Shown: positions 1 to 9,664, counted from the first letter of the stretch. The stretch is DNA of 64,000 nucleotides from an uncultured virus (IMG/VR IMGVR_UViG_2061766007_000800) (IMGVR_UViG_2061766007_000800); one strand, 5' to 3'. Notes: a model not told the origin generated them from the sequence alone. Translations and numbers: made by a program.

Positions 1-350
1 GTTGGCAGGGAGAGGTTTGCGCTCCGCAGATTCAGAAAAATCCACAGGGACTTACTGAAGAGCATCTTTTTCTTTTTCATTGTACTGATAGCAATGGTCG
101 TTGGGCAATGCTTGATGCTATAAAAATGTGGAAAGAGTATGGGCTTGAAACAGTTCCTGTTGTAGACGAAAATTATATTCTTCCAGATGATTTTGAAGAG
201 TTTAAACTTAGCGCAGATGGTTATTATGACCCTTCTGTTTGTGAAGGCAAAACCAAACAGAAGAGAGAAGGCTTTGTGTATTATAAAACTACAGACCCTA
301 ATTTTAGTTTTAAGAATGTCTCAAGAGAATATCTTGCAAAACACTCTTAA
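1..350 (+). CDS. RNA ligase (Rnl2/DRB0094-like), 3' part only
   Basis: Frame open from the window edge: WQGEVCAPQIQKNP...REGFVY...FSFKNVSREYL, matching nucleotidyltransferase motifs III (GE), IV (EGxV) and V (FK) of ATP-dependent RNA ligases. Confidence 0.75.
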   Translation, partial: WQGEVCAPQIQKNPQGLTEEHLFLFHCTDSNGRWAMLDAIKMWKEYGLETVPVVDENYILPDDFEEFKLSADGYYDPSVCEGKTKQKREGFVYYKTTDPNFSFKNVSREYLAKHS

Positions 351-355
351 AAATT

Positions 356-395
356 GGACAACTTTCTGTAATTGTTCTAATATATTTTTCAAATA
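356..395 (+). promoter_or_regulatory. putative late/phage-specific promoter GGNCAA-N27-TCAAATA (copy 1)
   Basis: Same two boxes with identical spacing at 356-395, 17118-17157 and 28373-28412, each just upstream of a gene or operon start. Confidence 0.55.
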
Positions 396-438
396 TTATT
401 GAAAATAAGAACAATTACAGAAAGGATATTTTTTTATT

Positions 439-1167
439 ATGCCAACAAAAATTGATTTAACAGGACAAAAATTTGAAAGATTAACAGTGCTATATGAATT
501 ACCAATTCGTAAAAATGGTAGTATTGTATGGCATTGCAAATGTGACTGCGGTAATGAGTGCGATGTAATTAGTGCTTCTTTACGAAGTCATAGGACAAGA
601 TCTTGTGGTTGCTTGAAACAAGAAAGTGACCGAAAAACAAAAAATAATTGGATAGATTTAACAGGACAAAAATTTGGTCATTTAACTGCAATTAAAAAAG
701 TTGAAAGTGATAAGTATGGTCATACTAGATGGGAATGCGAATGTGATTGTCCTGCGCATACTCATTTAATAGTTTTAGGCAATAATCTTAGAAGAGGTCA
801 TACCCAATCTTGTGGGTGTGAAAAACGTTCTCATGGTGAGCTTGCAGTAGAACAAATTTTAATAGATAATAATATTCAATATCAACAAGAATATCCTGCT
901 TTTAAGTTTGCTTCAGGAATGTCAGCTAAATTTGATTTTTATGTAAATAATAAGTATTTTATTGAGTATGATGGGGAAACTCATTATAAATATAATATGC
1001 ATGGTTGGCATAATGAAGAGCAATTAAAAACTCAACAAGAAAGAGATATGATTAAAACTCAATGGTGTAAGGATAATAATATTCCTTTAATTCGTATTCC
1101 TTATACACATTTAAAAAATCTTTGTATAGAAGATTTATTATTAGAAACAAGTAATTTTATTGTTTAA
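439..1167 (+). CDS. homing-endonuclease-like protein: Cys-rich DLTGQKF..W.C.CDCG..SCGC repeats plus C-terminal PD-(D/E)XK/Vsr-like nuclease
   Basis: Two repeats plus FDFY..IEYDG..H..D..K...LIRIPY; paralog at 53842-54750. Confidence 0.7.
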   Translation: MPTKIDLTGQKFERLTVLYELPIRKNGSIVWHCKCDCGNECDVISASLRSHRTRSCGCLKQESDRKTKNNWIDLTGQKFGHLTAIKKVESDKYGHTRWECECDCPAHTHLIVLGNNLRRGHTQSCGCEKRSHGELAVEQILIDNNIQYQQEYPAFKFASGMSAKFDFYVNNKYFIEYDGETHYKYNMHGWHNEEQLKTQQERDMIKTQWCKDNNIPLIRIPYTHLKNLCIEDLLLETSNFIV

Positions 1168-1201
1168 GATATGAGAGATTAAGTCAAGGGCTTAATCTCT
1201 T

Positions 1202-1230
1202 TTTATTTTTTTAAAAATTTTTGCTATAAT
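1202..1230 (+). promoter_or_regulatory. sigma-A-like early promoter (representative of more than 12 copies)
   Basis: TTTATT-17-TATAAT with TG extension and AAAAATTTTT spacer; other copies at 1660-1688, 5312-5340, 9386-9414, 16085-16113, 27160-27188, 33766-33794, 38832-38860, 51651-51679 and more. Confidence 0.75.
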
Positions 1231-1265
1231 ATATATAGAAAAATAAAAAGGAGATAAAATAAAAA

Positions 1266-1634
1266 ATGACAAATTTTGATAGAATACAGAAAATGAATGA
1301 AATGGAAATGGCAAAGGCTTTAGGTGAGGTAATGGATTGTAACTGTTGTCCTGAGAAAGACATTTGTAATTCAGGTCATACTCCAGGCTGTGTTAACATT
1401 CTTTTTGACTGGTTAACAGAAAATATTGGCACTCCTTTTAAGGAACTAGCTTACGGTCAGAAATTTAAAGTAAACCTTGAAGATGCAAATATTTATATAA
1501 AAATAGATGAAATATTAGACCACGATTGCTGTGATGTACTTTGGAACGCTATTAATTTAAAAACAGGTATACCTGTTAACTTTTCTAACGATAAATTAGT
1601 TTTTGTAAAAAAGATAGCGGGGGTTGATGATTAA
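1266..1634 (+). CDS. hypothetical phage protein (MTNFDRI..Cys-rich N-terminus)
   Basis: ORF with RBS and promoter, followed by a terminator-like hairpin. Confidence 0.7.
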   Translation: MTNFDRIQKMNEMEMAKALGEVMDCNCCPEKDICNSGHTPGCVNILFDWLTENIGTPFKELAYGQKFKVNLEDANIYIKIDEILDHDCCDVLWNAINLKTGIPVNFSNDKLVFVKKIAGVDD

Positions 1635-1721
1635 TAATAGGTGGAGTTAAAACTCCACCTTTATTTTTATAAAAATTTTTGATATAATATTTATAGAAGA
1701 TAAGAAAAGAGGTAATATAAA

Positions 1722-2225
1722 TTGAAAGACCTTTATCTAATTGAAAATGTATTAAATGATTTTTTAAAAGAATTTGAGGTTACTGCGGAAGTTGCTAAAG
1801 AGTTTTGTTATCTTTGGGAACAAAATAAGATATTAGTAACTTTAGCAGTACCCGACTTTCAAACAAAAAATTTTATGGAAGATTTTCATAGTAGAGCGCC
1901 TGAGATTAAGTTAGATTGTTTCTTAGCTTGTTTCTTTCATGAGTTAGGTCATTGTGAGACAGTTGATTTATTAACTGATGAAGAGGAACTTGAGTGTTAT
2001 AGGAAAAGAAAAATCTTAAATGAGGAAGCTAAAAAGACAACAGATGAAGTTAAATTAGCAGTTATTTGTGAAGAATATCACAAATTACCTGATGAGTATT
2101 TAGCAACTGAATGGGCAATTAACTATATTAGAAATAATGTAGATAAAGTTGCAAAGTTTTGGGCAGATTTACAGAAAGCAATATTAACAGTTTATGAAGT
2201 AAATGAAGTGGAGGATGAAGACTAA
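1722..2225 (+). CDS. hypothetical protein with HExxH (HELGH) zincin-like motif
   Basis: TTG start after GAGGT RBS; FFHELGH and a downstream E..A. Confidence 0.55.
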   Translation: MKDLYLIENVLNDFLKEFEVTAEVAKEFCYLWEQNKILVTLAVPDFQTKNFMEDFHSRAPEIKLDCFLACFFHELGHCETVDLLTDEEELECYRKRKILNEEAKKTTDEVKLAVICEEYHKLPDEYLATEWAINYIRNNVDKVAKFWADLQKAILTVYEVNEVEDED

Positions 2226-2509
2226 TGGCAAAAGGGCAAGTAGCTAAGGCAAAAGTATTAGAAGTATTACAGGAAGTGTTCCCAAATATGTTCTCAGCGG
2301 ACGGTAAGGAGTGGAGAATTCCTATTATCGAAAATGGCGAAATAGTAGAAATTAAAGTCGCTCTCACTTGCGCAGCTAAGAATATTGGCGGAGAAGGCGT
2401 CCCCGTAGTTGCAGGAAAGGTTGAGGGACCGGTCGCAGTTGAAGCTTTAACTGTAACAGAGGAAGAAAAAGAGCAGATAAAGAGTTTAATGGAAAGGTTA
2501 GGGTTGTAA
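2225..2509 (+). CDS. hypothetical phage protein
   Basis: TAATG-coupled ORF. Confidence 0.7.
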   Translation: MAKGQVAKAKVLEVLQEVFPNMFSADGKEWRIPIIENGEIVEIKVALTCAAKNIGGEGVPVVAGKVEGPVAVEALTVTEEEKEQIKSLMERLGL

Positions 2510-2796
2510 TGGCAAAAATCTATAAAGCAGTTGAATGGCAGAGTACGGGTTCAGAAAGATGGCATTGTACAGACCCTGACCTCATTGGTCGAGGTGACCA
2601 ATGGCTCATTCCCGCTAGAATTCTCAATATGCCTATTGTAGATTTCCTTGTTTATGTGAAGGATAATTTTAATGCAGACCTTCATATCAGAGAAGATGGT
2701 GGTTTCGCATATTGGGATTGGACAAAACAGAGCGATATGCGTAAGTATAAAAACTTTATTAATGCAAAATCAAGAGAAAGTAAATTATTATTTTAA
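2509..2796 (+). CDS. hypothetical phage protein
   Basis: TAATG-coupled ORF followed by a terminator hairpin. Confidence 0.7.
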   Translation: MAKIYKAVEWQSTGSERWHCTDPDLIGRGDQWLIPARILNMPIVDFLVYVKDNFNADLHIREDGGFAYWDWTKQSDMRKYKNFINAKSRESKLLF

Positions 2797-2891
2797 GGAG
2801 AAGTAATTAAAGGCGGGGTTGTACTCCGCCTTTATTTTTNNNNNNNNNNNNNNNNNNNNNNNNNNNNNNNNNNNNNNNNNNNNNNNNNNAA

Positions 2892-3395
2892 ATTAATGAA
2901 GTTAAACAGCATTTAAAATCAGCATTTGCGAAAGCAGGATATAACTTTGATGATTATAACATCACAGTTTCAACAAGTAACAGAATGAAGAAGACTCTTG
3001 GTTGGTGTGAAATTAAAACTAAAAATGGTATTCCTCGTCCCTCAGAGATTAGAATTTCTAATTATTTATTAGAAAATTCAACTCTTCCTGTTATTAAGGA
3101 TGTTATCTATCATGAAGCCGCTCATGCACTTGTAGCCATTGAAACAGGTGAAGACCATGGGCATGACGCAGTATTTAAGGCTATGTGCGCAAGAGTTGGT
3201 ACGACTAATGACGGTACTGTTACTCAGGCTTTTGAAGTAACTGAGCCTGAAAAGTTTTATAAATATACAACATATTGTGCAAACTGTGGTAAAATGACAG
3301 GTGGATATTCAAGAAGTTGTAAAACAATTCAGTATCCTTTTATGTATAAAAGTAGATGCTGTGGAGCTAGTATTACAGTAAAACAGAATTGGTAA
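2892..3395 (+). CDS. SprT-like zinc metalloprotease (start in N gap)
   Basis: R..KTLGWC, HEAAH, HGHD..FK and a C-terminal CxxC Zn ribbon; frame open back to the gap. Confidence 0.8.
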   Translation: MNEVKQHLKSAFAKAGYNFDDYNITVSTSNRMKKTLGWCEIKTKNGIPRPSEIRISNYLLENSTLPVIKDVIYHEAAHALVAIETGEDHGHDAVFKAMCARVGTTNDGTVTQAFEVTEPEKFYKYTTYCANCGKMTGGYSRSCKTIQYPFMYKSRCCGASITVKQNW

Positions 3396-3406
3396 GGAGG
3401 TAAAAT

Positions 3407-3643
3407 ATGGTAGGTAATACAGATAATTATTGGACACCCGAAAGAGTAGAACAGGATAAGAAAAATCATAGTTACAAACAGTTTAGACTTTATTTTACGA
3501 ATGGAGATTTTTTATTCTGGTGCAATTGTGAAGTGCGTTTTCCTGTGGGAAGTGATAGAGTGGTCATTCATTCAAGAGAGAGAGAAACTTTTGTTTTTAT
3601 GTTAAATAATATAGCAGGATATGGATATGATAAGGGTGAGTAA
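3407..3643 (+). CDS. hypothetical protein
   Basis: AGGAGG RBS, ORF. Confidence 0.65.
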   Translation: MVGNTDNYWTPERVEQDKKNHSYKQFRLYFTNGDFLFWCNCEVRFPVGSDRVVIHSRERETFVFMLNNIAGYGYDKGE

Positions 3644-3713
3644 ATACTCACCTTTATTTTTTTAAAAATTTTTGATATAATATTTATAGAAGATAAGAAA
3701 AGAGGAAAAAATA

Positions 3714-4610
3714 ATGGGATATAAAGTAGCAAAAAGTTATGAAAATTATACATATAATATAGATAATGCATATACAAAAAGTGGTAAATTATATGTAAAA
3801 GCAACTTGTAAATGTGATAATTGTGTAAATGGTGTCTATGTTTCTCATATTGAGAATGGTCACATTGTACCTCACCCTAATTGCGGCGGTGTGTGCTTCA
3901 AATGTGGCGGAACAGGTGTAATTAGCAAGGACATCCGCCTTTACACAGAGAAGGAATTTGATAGTATGGAAAAAGCAAAAGCAAAGGCAAAAGAGAAAAA
4001 AGAGATTGCTTTCCAAGAAAAACTTAAAGCAGAATTTGCAGATAAGAAAAAAGATTGGCTTAAAAAGAACGGATATAACAAAAATGAGGACACTTTTGTT
4101 TATTTTCCTAAAGACAGTTTTGAAATTAAGGAACAGTTAAAAGAAGATGGTTTTGTTTTTGATAGAACACTTCTTTGGCACTGCCCTGAAGTTCCTGAGG
4201 GATATGAGAATAAAACTTTCAAAGTATCTTTCAATGAACTTGGCGAGTATTGTCCTAATGGTGAGGGTAGTTATTATGCTGACACAAAAGACAAAATCGT
4301 AGAAATGATGAAGGTGCGCAGACCTGTTTCTACTTCAGAGTGGATAGGTGAACCTAATGAAAGACTTTATAACTTATCTGTAAAAGTAAAGAATATTGGT
4401 AAGTATTCAAGCATTTATGGAGAAGGCTCTATTGTTACTTTTGAAACAGAAGATGGAAATCTTTGTAAGTGGTTTACACAGGTAGTTTTACCTTTTGCTA
4501 TTGGAGATACTGTTGTTATTAATGGTACTATTAAACAGTTAGTTAATGACAAGTATGAAGATGATGCGGAGGTTACTATCCTTACAAGATGTAAAATTGT
4601 GGAGGGATAA
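3714..4610 (+). CDS. Zn-finger plus C-terminal OB-fold-like protein
   Basis: CDNC..CFKCGGTG; C-terminal beta-rich segment (WIGE..ER..VKV..KWFT..GTIK..T.LTRCK). Confidence 0.55.
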   Translation: MGYKVAKSYENYTYNIDNAYTKSGKLYVKATCKCDNCVNGVYVSHIENGHIVPHPNCGGVCFKCGGTGVISKDIRLYTEKEFDSMEKAKAKAKEKKEIAFQEKLKAEFADKKKDWLKKNGYNKNEDTFVYFPKDSFEIKEQLKEDGFVFDRTLLWHCPEVPEGYENKTFKVSFNELGEYCPNGEGSYYADTKDKIVEMMKVRRPVSTSEWIGEPNERLYNLSVKVKNIGKYSSIYGEGSIVTFETEDGNLCKWFTQVVLPFAIGDTVVINGTIKQLVNDKYEDDAEVTILTRCKIVEG

Positions 4611-4611
4611 T

Positions 4612-4923
4612 ATGGTAAAGTCAGTAAAAATTTGGGTTGATGATATAAGAAAAGCACCTGCGGGATATATACATTGTTATACAACAGAAAATGCGATTGC
4701 GGAAATAGAGCATTATAGGAGTAGAGGGGTTCAAATTGAGGTTCTCGATTTGGACCATGATGCAGGTGATTTTGTCCGCTATGGTGGAGATTATATAAAA
4801 ATTCTTGACTATATGGAAGAACACGAAATTAATGATATTCCTATTAAGGTTCATAGCCGTAATCCTGTTGGTGTGGAAAATATATATCGTATCGCCAGAA
4901 AAAATAATTGGACAATTTTATAA
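4612..4923 (+). CDS. cyclic-phosphate-processing receiver-like domain protein
   Basis: IWVDDIR, LDLDHDAG and VHSRNPVG motifs; ATG at 4612 after GGAGG. Confidence 0.7.
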   Translation: MVKSVKIWVDDIRKAPAGYIHCYTTENAIAEIEHYRSRGVQIEVLDLDHDAGDFVRYGGDYIKILDYMEEHEINDIPIKVHSRNPVGVENIYRIARKNNWTIL

Positions 4924-5004
4924 AAACTAATTGTATTTTTTAAAAAATTANNNNNNNNNNNNNNNNNNNNNNNNNNNNNNNNNNNGAAATCAAGAAAAAG
5001 TAGA

Positions 5005-5304
5005 ATGTCAATGGGTGGAGCAACTAAGCTTAGAAAGGCTAAGGCTGAGGCTCGTGCCGCAAAGTTTGCTCGTAGAGCTGAGGCTGGTAAGAAATATCAG
5101 TACAAGCCTATTGAAGCTAAGAAGGGTACTGAAGAGTACGCTCAGGAGCGTAATGCTCGTGCGCAGAAGAATAGACTTAACCCTAATCGTTGGGTAAGTG
5201 CTATGCATAAGCTTGATAACTTCCTTGAGAAGCAGGCTATGGAGCAGAAGGAGCGTAACGAAAAGAGAGTTGCTAAGGAGAAGAAAAATTCTCCTTCTGC
5301 ATAA
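5005..5304 (+). CDS. highly basic small protein
   Basis: K/R/A-rich ORF with strongly biased codons (GCT, AAG, CGT). Confidence 0.7.
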   Translation: MSMGGATKLRKAKAEARAAKFARRAEAGKKYQYKPIEAKKGTEEYAQERNARAQKNRLNPNRWVSAMHKLDNFLEKQAMEQKERNEKRVAKEKKNSPSA

Positions 5305-5380
5305 AAACTGTTTGAAAATTTAAAAAATTTTTGGTATAATATTTATACAATAAAAAATTAAGAAAGAGAGGGTTTAGCTT

Positions 5381-5548
5381 ATGGCTTTTGTTGTTAATTA
5401 TGTTGATGACGATTACAGAAAGCACATTTGTGTTGCACAGGATATGAGAGAAGTTAATTTTATCATAAAGAGATTTGATACAGTTTCTTTCTATAAAGCA
5501 TCTGACAAAGAAGCTAAAGCTCTAAACCCCAAGATAGAAAGATACTAA
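5381..5548 (+). CDS. small hypothetical protein (55 aa)
   Basis: ATG after promoter and GAGG; open to TAA. Confidence 0.55.
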   Translation: MAFVVNYVDDDYRKHICVAQDMREVNFIIKRFDTVSFYKASDKEAKALNPKIERY

Positions 5549-5676
5549 TTGATAATTTTAAAAAATTATTATNNNNNNNNNNNNNNNNNNGTTCCTTTAA
5601 GGTCTTTTCCTTTTCTTTATAATTTGGTTGCAAAGTAGCTCAGATTGGATACCTGTACAACAAAGTCCAATATATC

Positions 5677-5750
5677 GGGAACATAGCTCAGCTGGTGGTA
5701 GCATGCGACTGTTAATCGCAGGGTCGAGGGTTCGAGTCCCTCTGTTCCCG
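5677..5750 (+). tRNA. tRNA-Asn(GTT)
   Basis: Cloverleaf; TGCGA-CTGTTAA-TCGCA; GGTTCGAGTCC. Confidence 0.9.
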
Positions 5751-5972
5751 CTCTGAAATATAGGCTTGAGGGAACTGCAGATTACCTCTCCCTAAGTAAG
5801 ACGGTTTATATCTTAGCCTGTAACCAAAATGAAGATACCGAAGTTGTGAGGTGAATCAATCCTGTTTAGGTGCCTTCGAGAAGGAAAATGAAAATGCATC
5901 CGAAACTGACAACCGCGTAGTGCTGTTAGGTGACTACACACCTTTAAGAGATGGTAACTCTATGTAGTATTT

Positions 5973-6043
5973 GCCCTCATAATACAACGGTAGTATGGCT
6001 GCCTTGTAAGCAGTTCATGGCGGTTCGAATCCGTCTGAGGGCT
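5973..6043 (+). tRNA. tRNA-Thr(TGT)
   Basis: GCCCTCA/TGAGGGC; loop CTTGTAA. Confidence 0.9.
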
Positions 6044-6240
6044 TTAAAGATAACAATATTGACTATGTGTATTCTAGATACTACACATTGGAGAGACTCG
6101 CCTGAGAAAAAAGGTGCTTTGAAGGATGATAAGCATAATTAAATGTCACCCGATTGTCGACTAAGAATCTGCGCTATACAAAGGGGAGCGCAAAAAGAGT
6201 TGAAGTTATCTTTTATTCTATTAATGTAGTATTAATATAA

Positions 6241-6314
6241 CGCGGAGTCGTCTGGAGAGGTACCAGCCCACCCTCATAAGGTGTGTAACGGGGGTTCGAA
6301 TCCCCTCTCCGCTA
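6241..6314 (+). tRNA. tRNA-Met(CAT), initiator-like C1 mismatch
   Basis: CGCGGAG/CTCCGCT; loop CTCATAA; lacks the triple G-C anticodon stem of classic fMet. Confidence 0.8.
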
Positions 6315-6424
6315 TTCCCCTCAGAGGATAGAAACAAGATTTGAGTATAGTCCAAAGTAACTCACTTTGTGCGCACAGAGGAAGTTGGAGTGACGACCAA
6401 CACTTGTAGGCTATCGAGGGTTTT

Positions 6425-6498
6425 CGCCCTTTCTTCTAACAGGACTAGGATAGCGCCCTTTCACGGCGCTGATAGGAGTTCGAGCCTCCTAAGGGTGA
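6425..6498 (+). tRNA. tRNA-Glu(TTC)
   Basis: GCGCC-CTTTCAC-GGCGC; cloverleaf. Confidence 0.9.
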
Positions 6499-6571
6499 TT
6501 CCACATTAAAAGTGGAATAACAACAAGAAATGCTCTCTCCGCACCTACACGGATTATATGTAGGTAATATC

Positions 6572-6645
6572 TGCCCCGAGGTCAAATTGGTAGAGGCGCC
6601 ACACTGTCACTGTGGAGATAGCGGGTTCAAGTCCCGTCGGGGTAG
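6572..6645 (+). tRNA. tRNA-Asp(GTC)
   Basis: CCACA-CTGTCAC-TGTGG; cloverleaf. Confidence 0.9.
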
Positions 6646-6743
6646 CTACTGTAAATAATCGAAAGGTCGTTCTCGTGGGGCGACGTCGGGGGTAAAAGCC
6701 TGTGGTAGTGTAGGTGTCAGCACATCGATTGTTACAGGTTTAT

Positions 6744-6818
6744 GGGGGTATAGTTCTAATTGGCGAGAACAGGTCTTTTGCAAGGACACGGTTGAGGGTT
6801 CAAGTCCCTCTACTTCCA
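6744..6818 (+). tRNA. tRNA-Ala(TGC)
   Basis: GGGGGTA/TACTTCC with G3:U70; loop TTTGCAA. Confidence 0.9.
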
Positions 6819-6825
6819 TTTATTT

Positions 6826-6910
6826 GGGCGGGTAGACCGTTAAGGAGGCGGGCGGGACTGTAAATCCCGTGGCATTATGCACCTAGTGGGTTCGATTCCC
6901 TCTCCGCCCA
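6826..6910 (+). tRNA. tRNA-Tyr(GTA)
   Basis: CGGGA-CTGTAAA-TCCCG; long variable arm. Confidence 0.9.
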
Positions 6911-6914
6911 TTAT

Positions 6915-7005
6915 GCCTGTTTAAGCCTAATTGGTAAGGCAGCGCCCTGCTAAGGCGTGAGTAACCGCTTTAAGTGGTGTACTGGTTCAAGTCCAGTAGC
7001 AGGCG
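6915..7005 (+). tRNA. tRNA-Ser(GCT)
   Basis: GCGCC-CTGCTAA-GGCGT; long variable arm. Confidence 0.9.
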
Positions 7006-7252
7006 TGTACTCTNNNNNNNNNNNNNNNNNNNNNNNNNNNNNNNNNNNNNNNNNNNNNNNNNNNNNNNNNNNNNNNNNNNNNNNNNNNNNNNNNNNNNNT
7101 ATTACACCTATTAAAACAAGAAAATGGGTAAAGAAAAATGGCTGTTCCTATATTGGAACAAGTGAAAATAGTAAATGGGATTTTTATTGGTTTGGTAACT
7201 TTTCAACAGGTTATCAAGTTAAAGTTAGAAATTGGTAGAAAGGAGAACCAAT

Positions 7253-7741
7253 ATGGGTAGAGATATTTATATGCATATAGTTGAAAATGGTTGCGTTTTA
7301 AAGCGTGATATTTTTGAAGGCAGATGCTCTGATTGGTTTGACAATCTATCTAATAATGGGTGGGACCATAGCTATGACCATCTGCCTGTTGAGTATGGAA
7401 TTTCCCCAGAGAGTTCAGAAGAACTTAAAAAAGAATATAATACAGAAGAAGGATATTATGATTTTCGTTATATTAAAGTATCTGACTTCTTAAATTGGTT
7501 TGAAAAATATCGTCCTGACATTGAAGCGGGTTGGGTAACAACTTACGAAAAGTGGCTTATCGAAAAGAAGGGGTATGTCCCTGAAGATGTAAAACATTAT
7601 CTTGACAAAGAAGATGATATAAGAGATATGCACTTTATAGAGTTTGAAAACCCTTATGATTGCTCGAAATGGCTTTATAATTATCTTAAAGATAATGAAA
7701 TATCATTACAAGCAGACATAACCTATTGTTTTAATTGGTAG
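7253..7741 (+). CDS. hypothetical phage protein (MGRDIYMH.. family)
   Basis: AGGAG RBS, ATG at 7253. Confidence 0.7.
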   Translation: MGRDIYMHIVENGCVLKRDIFEGRCSDWFDNLSNNGWDHSYDHLPVEYGISPESSEELKKEYNTEEGYYDFRYIKVSDFLNWFEKYRPDIEAGWVTTYEKWLIEKKGYVPEDVKHYLDKEDDIRDMHFIEFENPYDCSKWLYNYLKDNEISLQADITYCFNW

Positions 7742-7828
7742 TTAAAAGGCGATATGAAAATATCGCCTTTATTTTTTTAAAAAAATTTGTTATAATTATT
7801 ATAGAAAATAAGAAAAGAGGTAATAAAT

Positions 7829-8104
7829 ATGACATTAAAAGAGTGGTTAGAAGTAATTGATGTAGTTGGTTTAAATGTTAGATTATGGTCGCAGTATTTC
7901 AAAGAGTATTCAGAAGAAGACGATGATGAACCCTTATGGGAAGGCTGGTCAATGAACATTCCTTGGGTTTATATTGATAAGAAGATTGGTATTGTTAATG
8001 AAAATACAGGTGTTATTGAAAAAGAAGATGCTATCTATTTTATAACAGAGAAGAATGAATATGGTGTTGATGTTATTTGGGCAAATATTAATATAGTAGA
8101 ATAA
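7829..8104 (+). CDS. hypothetical protein
   Basis: Promoter, RBS and ORF. Confidence 0.7.
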   Translation: MTLKEWLEVIDVVGLNVRLWSQYFKEYSEEDDDEPLWEGWSMNIPWVYIDKKIGIVNENTGVIEKEDAIYFITEKNEYGVDVIWANINIVE

Positions 8105-8106
8105 AT

Positions 8107-8191
8107 GGCGGGGTACCTTAGTGGGGAGGAGGCGCAGTCTTGAAAACTGTCGGGCTTAACCGCTCTGTGAGTTCGAATCTCACCCCCGTCG
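8107..8191 (+). tRNA. tRNA-Ser(TGA)
   Basis: GCAGT-CTTGAAA-ACTGT; long variable arm. Confidence 0.9.
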
Positions 8192-8194
8192 CTT

Positions 8195-8267
8195 GACGAT
8201 GTAGCCAAAATGGTAAAGGCAGCGGACTGCAACTCCGCGATTGTGAGTTCGAGTCTCTCCGTCGTCT
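8195..8267 (+). tRNA. tRNA-Cys(GCA)
   Basis: GCGGA-CTGCAAC-TCCGC. Confidence 0.9.
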
Positions 8268-8353
8268 TAAGGCATAGAACAAATGAGCCTCCTATGTACA
8301 AAGGTAATTAAAAAAATGTGTAGCAAGGGTGGATGACTTAAGCTGCCTGACAT

Positions 8354-8427
8354 ACTGGTGTATTTCAGTTGGTTAGAAGACTCGTCTGATAAGCGAGTTG
8401 CCGCAGGTTCGAATCCTGCCGCCAGTA
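8354..8427 (+). tRNA. tRNA-Ile(GAT)
   Basis: CTCGT-CTGATAA-GCGAG. Confidence 0.9.
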
Positions 8428-8497
8428 TAACAAGGTTTAACTTGTTATTTTTCATAGGCGTATTCCCCTTTCCTGTGAGGGTTATCACAGGAATTAT

Positions 8498-8574
8498 GGC
8501 TTGGTAGCTCAGTTTGGTCAGAGCGGTGGACTGAAAATCCATGTCTGTCGAAAGTTCGATTCTTTCCCGAGCCA
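8498..8574 (+). tRNA. tRNA-Phe(GAA)
   Basis: GTGGA-CTGAAAA-TCCAT. Confidence 0.9.
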
Positions 8575-8643
8575 TTCAGAAACACGGACAAGGCTTAGGC
8601 GCATGAAACAAAGCGGTGAGATGCGAGTGGTGATTTCTGATTT

Positions 8644-8714
8644 GTCCGTATAATATAATGGCAGTATGTTTGGCTTCCACCCAGACGGTGTGGGTTCAAA
8701 TCCCACTACGGACT
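8644..8714 (+). tRNA. tRNA-Gly(TCC)
   Basis: TTTGG-CTTCCAC-CCAGA. Confidence 0.9.
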
Positions 8715-8822
8715 CTATTGCAAGATAGATGCAACATAGATTCTACTTGATTAGGTGAACAATGATAAACCTATATATTCGAGGTCAGCCAACCGCCTTT
8801 GCAACAAAGAAGTTGGTAATTT

Positions 8823-8904
8823 GCACTCATGGTGAAATTGGCAAACACATCGCATTTAAGCTGCGACGCCTAACGGCTTGAGGGTTCAAGTCCCTCTGAG
8901 TGTA
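8823..8904 (+). tRNA. tRNA-Leu(TAA)
   Basis: TCGCA-TTTAAGC-TGCGA; long variable arm. Confidence 0.9.
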
Positions 8905-9180
8905 CTATGAGGAATTGCAAACCTCGTTTGACGGAGTAATTAATCGTTATGAAACTCTACTTTCATACAAACAAACAAAAGGAAGATAGAGTAGATAGAA
9001 TTAGTAGTGAGACCAATCATCGGGGATAGAATAGTTCAAATTGGACAAAGAGAACACACTACTTTAATGGACTTGCTTAGTAAGAGGAAATGAACGGCGG
9101 GAAAAGTTCTATCTGGTGGAGAGGAATAAAAACATATTTTTGCACAGGGTATGTTTTTGTGCAGCCTCTCTATCACTTAT

Positions 9181-9260
9181 GGGCTTGTGGTGAAATCGGC
9201 ATACACGCGGGTTTAAGATACCCGTCCGCGAGGGTGAGGGTTCAAGTCCCTCCAAGCTCA
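9181..9260 (+). tRNA. tRNA-Leu(AAG)
   Basis: CGGGT-TTAAGAT-ACCCG; Leu-type D arm and variable arm. Confidence 0.85.
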
Positions 9261-9265
9261 CTTGT

Positions 9266-9381
9266 TGCATAGTGGCGGAATGGCAGTAGACGCAGACAAT
9301 CCCCATCAGGTGGATGGATAAGGCTAGCATGTCGTAGGAGCAAGACAACTATATGTAAGGTTCGAATCCTTACCTATGCAA
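9266..9381 (+). ncRNA. Leu-like tRNA scaffold with expanded anticodon arm
   Basis: TGCATAG/CTATGCA acceptor, Leu-type D arm, GTAAG-GTTCGAATC-CTTAC T arm; about 30-nt insert in place of the anticodon loop. Confidence 0.7.
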
Positions 9382-9509
9382 TAATTTGAATTTTTAAAAA
9401 TTTTTTGATATAATATTATTATAAGATATGGAAAGGAAGTCTAAAAATGAGACGAAAGCATTACAGACGAAAACGTCAAACACAATTTAATAATGTAAAA
9501 TTTGAACGA

Positions 9510-9581
9510 GCGTCTGTGGTAGACAAGTAATACACTCGACTTTTAATCGAGAGCATGTGGGGGCAGTACCCATCAGGCGCA
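9510..9581 (+). tRNA. tRNA-Lys(TTT), non-canonical T loop
   Basis: CTCGA-CTTTTAA-TCGAG; T loop GGCAGTA. Confidence 0.8.
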
Positions 9582-9591
9582 TCAAATATGC

Positions 9592-9664
9592 GCTTGTGTA
9601 ACTCAAATGGAAGAGTGGCGGTCTCTTAAATCGTAAGGTGTGGGTTCAAATCCCACTACAAGCA
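9592..9664 (+). tRNA. tRNA-Lys(CTT)
   Basis: GCGGT-CTCTTAA-ATCGT. Confidence 0.9.
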
